48,182 nt of DNA from Candidatus Uhrbacteria bacterium RIFCSPLOWO2_01_FULL_47_25. GTDB taxonomy: Bacteria > Patescibacteriota > Patescibacteriia > GWA2-46-9. The translations under genes were made by a program, and so were the position numbers. Below, one piece after another: positions 41,595-48,182 of the stretch. Location of the stretch: NCBI GenBank assembly GCA_001791325.1, contig MGEK01000006.1:1-48182 (forward strand), in the 5' to 3' direction. The notes under the pieces were generated by a model. It searched no databases and was not told the DNA's origin. It saw nothing but the letters and a program-made list of their open reading frames with translations. Every line of letters begins with the position of its first letter. Positions within the stretch are counted from its first letter, which is position 1.

Positions 41595-43373
41595 ATGGCA
41601 CGAAAAACAATTGAAAATTTAACAAAAAGTAGCCTTTCAAAAGTTTTTAGACGCCTTAAAAAAGATACAAAGGGCTTTTCTACATTATTGGTGCGAGATC
41701 CTATTGATTTTGTAGATTTTGAATCAAATTTGGATGAGGCGCTTGATTCTTTGTTATCTGAAATTAACAAAAATCATTATCACCCTCAAAAACCGTGCCT
41801 ACACCCTTCGCCAAAAAGTAAAGGTATCAATCGCCCAACCGTTGTATTTGATGTAAAAGATGCGCTGGTTTATCGTTTCTGCATTGAACAAATTGAAGAT
41901 GTGCTTTTCAAAAAAGCTAGACAGAAAAACATCCGTGGTGGAGTAAAAATTACCCCGAATCGCGCGGTCAGTGGCGGTGATTTCTACGAAAAATGGTTTA
42001 AAGATTGGGCAGATCACCTAGATGGTATTAAAGATAGCCTCACAACGAAAAGATACTTAGTTAATACAGATATCGCCTCTTACTTTGAAAACATAAATAT
42101 TTTAGTGCTTAAGGACTTGGTGCGAAGTGATGTGAAAGAGAAAAAAGGCGTTATGAATTTACTTTTTTATTTTTTGGAGAATACAAGATTTCGAATCGAT
42201 TATGAAGTTAACACTTTTACAGGACTCCTTCAGGAAGATATTGACTGTTCTCGTGTATTGGCATACTACTTTTTGCATCTTCATGATGGTGTAATGCGGG
42301 CTTTTTGCAAAGAGCATGACGCCGAGTTTTATCGCTTTGTAGACGATATGTCTATTGCAGTAAACTCAGAGGTTATTGGCAAAAAGGCATTAAGATGTAT
42401 CACCGAATCCCTGAGGAGGTTAAATTTAGTATCCAGTATAGAAAAAACCACAATCTTCAATCAAAAAATAGCCAAACAGCAACTTTTCTTTGCTGAAAAT
42501 ACAAAACTATCGGAATTTGAAAAAAATGTCTTGCTTAAGTTGGGAAAAGGTCAAAAAGTTACAAGAGAAGTTCAGGCGATACAGAAATATTACCAAAAAC
42601 TTTTAAGAGATGAGAAAGATGAATACAAAAATTGGATAAAAATACTCAAAAGATTTTATTCACTTGCGGCATACACGAAATCTAACTTTCTATTTTCGGA
42701 TATAACAAAACATCTCATTGATTACCCCATCCTTTTTACAGGAAGCAATACGAAATTAAGTAAATATCTTCTTAGGACCCGGGGCGAGAAAAAATTCAAT
42801 AGTGTGATGAGTGGGATTATTAAATATCTCTATTCAAAGGAAAATCTTTACTCGGCTACCGAGACAAGTTTGCTCGAGCTTTTATTAACTATTGATCCGC
42901 AGAACTATTCTCCTAGTGTAAAAATTAAAATTAAAACCCTAGCTGACGATATTCTATTTAAAAAAAATGGTTATAACCCCCTTTCAGATTATGCTCGAGC
43001 ATTGGCTTGTTTATTTTTCTATCGCTATAGACGCAGCGATATTGATCGGATCGCAAATCACTATTTACGATCAAACGAAGAAAACCGTCTAATAAGAAAA
43101 TATTTGATTTCTGTTTCGTTAATAACGCAAAACAACGATTTGCGAACCAAGGTGTTAAATAAAGCGAAGAAAGAACAAGATCTTTCAATTAACCGTCTGA
43201 TTAATCTCGTTGATAACATCAATGAGTATAAAAAGTTGCCAACAATCAAACACTATCTTAAAGAAAAAGAAGTTTACTATACCTATAAAAATCCATCAGT
43301 TCAGATAATAGAAAAATATAGGGCGGTACGCGCAGAAATACTTAACGAAATTATCAGTATTTACTCAACCTAA
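41595..43373 (+). CDS. Reverse transcriptase of UG/Abi (defence-associated) type with a long helical C-terminal domain
   Basis: PKSKG..RP, TDIASYFENI, GLLQ....SRVLA, YRFVDD, L.RLNL....EKT; about 290-aa Leu/Lys-rich helical tail; AT-rich. Confidence 0.85.
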   Translation: MARKTIENLTKSSLSKVFRRLKKDTKGFSTLLVRDPIDFVDFESNLDEALDSLLSEINKNHYHPQKPCLHPSPKSKGINRPTVVFDVKDALVYRFCIEQIEDVLFKKARQKNIRGGVKITPNRAVSGGDFYEKWFKDWADHLDGIKDSLTTKRYLVNTDIASYFENINILVLKDLVRSDVKEKKGVMNLLFYFLENTRFRIDYEVNTFTGLLQEDIDCSRVLAYYFLHLHDGVMRAFCKEHDAEFYRFVDDMSIAVNSEVIGKKALRCITESLRRLNLVSSIEKTTIFNQKIAKQQLFFAENTKLSEFEKNVLLKLGKGQKVTREVQAIQKYYQKLLRDEKDEYKNWIKILKRFYSLAAYTKSNFLFSDITKHLIDYPILFTGSNTKLSKYLLRTRGEKKFNSVMSGIIKYLYSKENLYSATETSLLELLLTIDPQNYSPSVKIKIKTLADDILFKKNGYNPLSDYARALACLFFYRYRRSDIDRIANHYLRSNEENRLIRKYLISVSLITQNNDLRTKVLNKAKKEQDLSINRLINLVDNINEYKKLPTIKHYLKEKEVYYTYKNPSVQIIEKYRAVRAEILNEIISIYST

Positions 43374-43396
43374 GAAAAAAATACGCAAATAAAAAG

Positions 43397-43626
43397 ATGA
43401 ATCCAGAAAAATATTATTACAACCGATTTCGTGATCAGTTTACGGAGTTTGTTAGAAAATCAAAAGCCCTTTCTCGCCTCTCCAAATCCAAAAACAAATT
43501 GTCCAAAAATTGTCGGTAGTTCAGGAATATAAAACGCGACTCATTGAGCAACGAGCGAAATTAAAAGAACTATTTGACAGTATGCTACATCAATCTTTCA
43601 GTAATAAAACATCCTTACAAACTTGA
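43397..43626 (+). pseudogene. Restriction-modification remnant (HsdS-like C-terminal helix)
   Basis: The frame from 43456 reads KIKSPFSPLQIQKQIVQKL...QRAKLKELFDSMLHQSF, preceded by a stop. A short ORF start lies at 43397 in another frame. Confidence 0.55.
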
Positions 43627-43646
43627 GAATATGAGAATGTTTTTGT

Positions 43647-44378
43647 ATGCAGCCGAAATACGATTTGGATAAAATTAAATTTGCGACGGATGGGCCGACT
43701 TTTGAGAAGGCGGTTGATTTGTATGAGAAAGGAAAGGTAACACAATTTAAGGAAGAACTTAATGGATTTTTCGCGATTGTTTTAGGAACGAAACCATACA
43801 AGGTTTATGTAGATAACCGGCATTATGATCAAGGTGACTGCGAGTGTTATCTCGGCCAGAATGATACGCTTTGCAAGCATATGGTGGCGGTTGCGATTCG
43901 GGCCGTAACCGGTGGTAAACCGCTTTCAGACGAAAATAAGCGGCTTGTAACTCAAGTTACTTGTAGCGGTAAATTGGGGGAGTTAAGCAAGAATGAATTA
44001 TCTGTGGTGAAAAAATCCATCACTGGCGCCATGAAATATATAAAACCGTATAATGGCCCCTCTCGCATTTGGTTTTCATATCAAAGTTCACTGTCGGAAG
44101 GGTGTAATCGGCTGGCAAAAATTGTCTCGGAGTTACCGGTGAGCGAACAGACGGCGAAGTTACTAGTTGATATGCTTCTTCGGCTTGATAACAAACTCTG
44201 CCGGAGCGGTATTGATGATTCTGACGGCACCGTTGGCGGTTTTATTGAGGAAACCGTACAAATGCTCAAAGAATACTCAAAACTTGATCCTTTTTGCGCG
44301 AAAGCGTTCAATGAACTGAAAGACAAAGAAACTTGTTTCGGCTGGGAAGAGCCTCTTTTGGATATTGGTCATCATTAG
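43647..44378 (+). CDS. SWIM zinc-finger protein
   Basis: CECYLGQNDTLCKH, V.GTKPY.V, DDSDG..GG. Confidence 0.85.
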   Translation: MQPKYDLDKIKFATDGPTFEKAVDLYEKGKVTQFKEELNGFFAIVLGTKPYKVYVDNRHYDQGDCECYLGQNDTLCKHMVAVAIRAVTGGKPLSDENKRLVTQVTCSGKLGELSKNELSVVKKSITGAMKYIKPYNGPSRIWFSYQSSLSEGCNRLAKIVSELPVSEQTAKLLVDMLLRLDNKLCRSGIDDSDGTVGGFIEETVQMLKEYSKLDPFCAKAFNELKDKETCFGWEEPLLDIGHH

Positions 44379-44743
44379 AACATCCTTATAAACTTGAGAA
44401 TGTTGGTATGATGTAGTACAATGTGAATATGGGCAAAATTAAAACTGCAAAACAAGGAGTTTGATCCTGATTAATTTGACGAAGATCCTCCTTCGTCCTG
44501 AATTTACTGAAGGACTACGGACGGGCGCAGCGAGCAACCCGCATGTGCCGACCTGCGCTTCGCCGATGGCTTCGGTCTGGCTTCGGCGGCCGGGAAAAAT
44601 ACCTTATTGCAGTTAAAGAAATTCAAACGGCCTTATATGCGGGCTAATCCTTAATTTTCGCCTATTTTTGCATAGTTTGTTAACTTTGTGCATAGATTTT
44701 ACTGCATATTGCATAGATTTTAAAGATGTAATAGGATACGGAA

Positions 44744-45463
44744 ATGGATGAAAGATTGCTTAAAATTAGTGAAGCCGCCGAAATTCTAGGTGTTTCTATA
44801 GATACGCTTCGTCGTTGGGATGAAAGTGGGAAGTTAACTGCGATTAAAAAGGAGGGCGGTACGCATCGTTATTATTGGGAAAAAGATATAGAGATTTTTG
44901 CAAGCGATCTTTTTAAGTTTGCTTCTGATTGGATCAAAGAGGGAGCCGAATTTCCCGGCACTTTTTACTGCCCTACGAGCGCTGTGTTTCAGGCAAGGCT
45001 GGTAAAAATGGAGCGTATGATTATGGAAAAGCCGGGCTTCGAAAAATTATACTCTTTGATTGTTCTGGTAGCCGGGGAAATCGGAGATAATTCATTTGCT
45101 CATAACTTGGGAAAATGGCCGGATACTCCGGGGATCTTCTTTGGATACGACATTCAAAAGGGTACCATTGTTCTTGCCGATCGGGGTTTGGGTATTTTAG
45201 AAACGTTGCGCCGCGTTCGCCCGGATTTATCTACGCATGTGAAAGCAGTTGAGGTGGCATTTACGGAATTTATATCCGGCCGCGCGCCGGAAAAGCGTGG
45301 TAATGGTCTTAAATTAGTTCGAGAAGTGGTTCTTACCCAGCCGATTGATCTATTTTTCGTGAGTGGTGATGCAGAGGTATATTTAAAGGGCGCCAATAAA
45401 TCCTTTCAGGTTACTCGTGGCCCGAATGTAATACGCGGTTGTATGGCAAAAATTAATTTTTAA
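44744..45463 (+). CDS. MerR-like HTH fused to a HATPase_c (GHKL) domain
   Basis: ISEAAEILGVSIDTLRRWD..G...GTHRYY; E..DN...H, ADRGLGI, RGNGL. Confidence 0.85.
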   Translation: MDERLLKISEAAEILGVSIDTLRRWDESGKLTAIKKEGGTHRYYWEKDIEIFASDLFKFASDWIKEGAEFPGTFYCPTSAVFQARLVKMERMIMEKPGFEKLYSLIVLVAGEIGDNSFAHNLGKWPDTPGIFFGYDIQKGTIVLADRGLGILETLRRVRPDLSTHVKAVEVAFTEFISGRAPEKRGNGLKLVREVVLTQPIDLFFVSGDAEVYLKGANKSFQVTRGPNVIRGCMAKINF

Positions 45464-45481
45464 CGTAATCTAATAAAATAT

Positions 45482-45808
45482 ATGAAATTAAAATTAGAAA
45501 AATTCGGCACTACTCTCATGTCCCGTGAATTAGGCAGCGAGGCATTCAAAGCGTTCCAGCCCACCTTGCTTGAACTTTACCCGTCCGATGAGCTGGAAAT
45601 TGATTTTTCCGGCGTATTAACATTGTCATCCTCATGGGCGGACGAGTTTTTAAGTCCTCTACTTGAAAAATTGGCTGAACGGCTGGTGTTATTGCCCTCT
45701 GACAATCTCTCGGTGCAAGCAACCTTAAAGATTCTGCAAGAGGCGAATAAACGCCCGTTCAAATTTAGATTCACCCCGTTAGATATAGCAAACGATCTAA
45801 CGGGGTAA
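45482..45808 (+). CDS. STAS-like (DUF4325-type) protein
   Basis: SRELGSEAF, IDFSGVLTLSSSWADEF. Confidence 0.8.
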   Translation: MKLKLEKFGTTLMSRELGSEAFKAFQPTLLELYPSDELEIDFSGVLTLSSSWADEFLSPLLEKLAERLVLLPSDNLSVQATLKILQEANKRPFKFRFTPLDIANDLTG

Positions 45809-45895
45809 ACACCCGTTAGATATTTATAATATGTATTACATCTATATATTGCAAAGCAAAAAAATAAAACCAACTAAAATAACATCCTTATAAAC

Positions 45896-45924
45896 TTGAG
45901 AATGTTGGTATGATGTAGTATAAT
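45896..45924 (+). promoter_or_regulatory. Sigma-70 promoter of ArsR-2, with the -35 inside the repeat box
   Basis: TTGAGA-17 bp-TATAAT, ATG 6 bp downstream (leaderless-like). Confidence 0.65.
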
Positions 45925-45930
45925 GTGAAT

Positions 45931-46218
45931 ATGGGCAAAATTAAAACAGCAAAACAAATGGAGCGGCACTTCAAGGGGGTAGCAAATCACTACCGTATTG
46001 AGATACTGCTTCTTATAGCTGAGCACGATGGTATAACGCTGGAAGATATTGTTGAGGGGCTTGGAGCAAACGAGAAGACCATTGGTGAACACACCCGACG
46101 ACTGTACCAAGCCGGATTAATCAATAAAAGATACCGCGGCAAATTTGTGGAACACGCCTTGTCGCCATACGGAAAAACATTTGTCCATTTCCTAAAATCA
46201 TTTCAACAAACACAATAA
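45931..46218 (+). CDS. ArsR-family winged-helix regulator
   Basis: FKGVANHYRIEIL...TIGEHTRRLYQAGLI.K...G. Confidence 0.85.
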   Translation: MGKIKTAKQMERHFKGVANHYRIEILLLIAEHDGITLEDIVEGLGANEKTIGEHTRRLYQAGLINKRYRGKFVEHALSPYGKTFVHFLKSFQQTQ

Positions 46219-46245
46219 CATCCTTACATACTTGAGAATGTAAGG

Positions 46246-46566
46246 ATGTTGCGGATGTGGAGAGTGGGCATCGCGGCGTTTTTTGTTCAGCTATTCTTAA
46301 ACGCTATCTGGTCAATTATTTTCTTTGGCCTGCATGGTTCGACGTGGCTCACCATAAATAGTCCCGGCTGGGCCATCGTTAATATCGTGGCGCTCTGGCT
46401 CGCGATTGTCTGGACAATGATTGTCTTTTACAAAATTTCTCCTCCTTCGTCCTCGTGGTGGACTACGGAAGGACACGGAAAACTCGCGGCTTATCTGCTA
46501 GTACCGTACATACTTTGGGTAAGCTTCGCTTCGTATCTGAATTATTCGATCTGGGTTCTTAACTGA
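46246..46566 (+). pseudogene. TspO/MBR protein, 5'-truncated, with two palindromic insertions
   Basis: QLFLNAIWSIIFFG...AAYLLVPYILWVSFASYLN; N-terminal helices are missing. Confidence 0.7.
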
Positions 46567-46825
46567 ACTGACAAGCTGCCAATAATTCGCAACTATAGAT
46601 ACCCATCAGTATTTGTCACCTCAATAAGGTTAACGGTATATGTCGTTGACATTTTATGAGATTAGATTATACTGCAATGTTCCTAATACAATATCAGGAG
46701 GGTATTGGGAATCTCTGCTGACGCATAGGGCGTTCACGCTAGAGTAAGCACCGAGCATAGTTACATCGTAGGCTCGGAAGCGCACCTTACAACATGGGGC
46801 ATAACGTCCCCACAGGAGGTCAGAG

Positions 46826-47935
46826 ATGGTTGACCAGCGAAAGATTTTGGAATGGCACCGCAAAGGGGTGAAGACAATCGTCACGCACATGGATCCGCAC
46901 CCTGACGAGATCGTAGCGATTCTCCTTGCTCGTTCCAAGCCGGGATTGCAGTATTTTCCGGGCGCGGACACGGCGCCGATTGAAACGTGGTCCAAGTCAG
47001 ATGAGCGCCTTCAGCGACCGCCGGACGCATTGGCACAGGAGGGCTGCCTCCTTATTGGCATTGGCGGCAGTCCGTTTGATGAGCACGCTACCGAGCACGG
47101 AGAGGGAAAGCCCGGCTGTGCTTCAACCTTGATGGCAAAGCTTCTCGGCTTTGACAAGGTTGACCAGTTGCGAAAGTTCCTCAAGCACATCGAGCGTAAC
47201 GACAATGGTCAGTGGGGTCAGTTTGATCTTGCGACCGCTGTCATGCAGATGTACGACGAGGGGCGGCCGACCGATTCCGCCCTGACTGCCCGACACCAAC
47301 AGCGGTGCGTGGGAATCGCCTTGCACCTCTTCAGCGCCTTGGTGAACCGTCACCTGCGGTTCTTGAGTGAAGGCGCTGCGGCTTTTGCGGCGGCCCAGAA
47401 GTTCAAGGTGGAGCGCCGCGGTGACCGCCGTGTTATCAACATCGCCGTCGGCGTCAGCGACGCCGAGAGCTTCCCGCGCTATGCCCGCTCCGAGCGAGGG
47501 AACAGTGCAGACATCGTCATCGTCAAGAGTCCGTCGACCGGGTGTATCTCCATCCTGACGGTCGATCAGAAATTCGACCTGACGCCGCTTGCCCGGGCGC
47601 TCCGGATGCGGGAGCTCTATCTCCGCAACCAGCACCGCGGCACGGGGTGGGAAGAGCTCTCGTGTGTTGGTGTTCATCCGGCTGTTCCCGAGTGGTATCT
47701 TCACGACAGGCGCGGTCTTGTTCTCAACAAGAGTCGAGTTCGCCCCGACGCCCCGCCGACGCAGATTCCCTTGGAGGACGTGGTTGACATGACCGAGTGG
47801 GTGGTCGGCGGGTGGCTACCGGAGTTTCGGGATCAGTCCTGCGTCCGAGCCCAATGCTGTTTCTGGGAGAAGTGCTCGGTCTACGCCCTTGGCCTGCCTC
47901 GGTGCAGGGATTATCGCCGCGAGCTTGCTGCTTAG
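46826..47935 (+). CDS. DHH/MYG1-like phosphoesterase with a Cys-rich C-terminus
   Basis: IVTH..PH.DE, IGIGG..FDEH, D..G; SD AGGAGG; visibly GC-rich. Confidence 0.6.
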   Translation: MVDQRKILEWHRKGVKTIVTHMDPHPDEIVAILLARSKPGLQYFPGADTAPIETWSKSDERLQRPPDALAQEGCLLIGIGGSPFDEHATEHGEGKPGCASTLMAKLLGFDKVDQLRKFLKHIERNDNGQWGQFDLATAVMQMYDEGRPTDSALTARHQQRCVGIALHLFSALVNRHLRFLSEGAAAFAAAQKFKVERRGDRRVINIAVGVSDAESFPRYARSERGNSADIVIVKSPSTGCISILTVDQKFDLTPLARALRMRELYLRNQHRGTGWEELSCVGVHPAVPEWYLHDRRGLVLNKSRVRPDAPPTQIPLEDVVDMTEWVVGGWLPEFRDQSCVRAQCCFWEKCSVYALGLPRCRDYRRELAA

Positions 47936-47981
47936 GTGGAGGACTCTGCCTGCCTGGGACAGCGTGACAAATGACGCTACA

Positions 47982-48033
47982 AAAGGGCGAGCTGTTGCTG
48001 GTATATCCGCGCACAGCTCGCCCTTGACTTTTT
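47982..48033 (+). terminator. Intrinsic terminator
   Basis: AAGGGCGAGCTGT...ACAGCTCGCCCTT followed by a T run. Confidence 0.6.
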
Positions 48034-48182
48034 TATATATTGTGTTAGTGTATAATCATTGACAACGTGCTGTCCTGGCAGGAGCTCGGACAGCCCAGAC
48101 GAGAGGAGGGATCAAATGATCCACAATCGTGGCCGCCCCGTAACAACGGGCCATCAGCCGTTCGCCATTATTGTCGACGTCG

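Larger units (their letters stand above)
43608..46250. repeat. Four dispersed direct copies of an AACATCCTTAYAWACTTGAGAAT box (43608, 44379, 45881, 46217)
   Basis: Direct comparison of the four copies; copies 2 and 3 extend to 77 bp with 2 mismatches. Confidence 0.92.

Noticed and set aside
41595-43373. RT as a retron, group II intron or DGR
   Set aside because: No VTG/NAxxH, no GxPQG/domain X or intron RNA ends, no Avd and no TR/VR pair seen.
43608-46250. CRISPR array or classical attC sites
   Set aside because: Spacing is gene-sized and irregular, no RYYYAAC/GTTRRRY attC ends were recognised, and no IntI is in the window.
36536-46566. Prophage or complete integrative element
   Set aside because: No integrase, transposase, or phage structural or replication genes, and no distal tRNA-Asn att copy at the island's right end.

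Overview
Bacterial chromosomal window that reads with the standard code. Gene content and repeat style suggest Patescibacteria (CPR), which is an inference. (1) 1-14.4 kb: a type IV pilus tip locus with two large surface proteins ending in a PilC/PilY1-like 'WRE' tail (one is 3046 aa with nested domains), a Cys-repeat protein and four minor pilins. (2) 14.5-35.8 kb: mostly housekeeping genes (ligA, gatC, gatA, trxB-like, tRNA-Ser plus a 2.5-kb islet, DD-carboxypeptidase, PGI/PMI, ArsR plus late riboflavin genes, dnaG, rpoD, deoxyhypusine-synthase-like). (3) 35.8-36.5 kb: tRNA-Asn(GTT) split inside the anticodon by a 626-nt group I intron that encodes an HNH endonuclease. (4) 36.5-46.6 kb: an accessory/defence island with HNH, AbiEi/AbiEii, STAS-like, RadC, MazG-like, an EVE/PD-(D/E)XK nuclease, a UG/Abi-type reverse transcriptase, a restriction-modification remnant, SWIM, MerR-HATPase/STAS, ArsR and a truncated TspO, punctuated by a four-copy 32-bp box. 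(5) A GC-rich DHH/MYG1-like gene at the end. Miniature palindromic elements occur throughout, several inserted in frame into proteins including LigA. All calls come from motif reading by eye; no database search was run.
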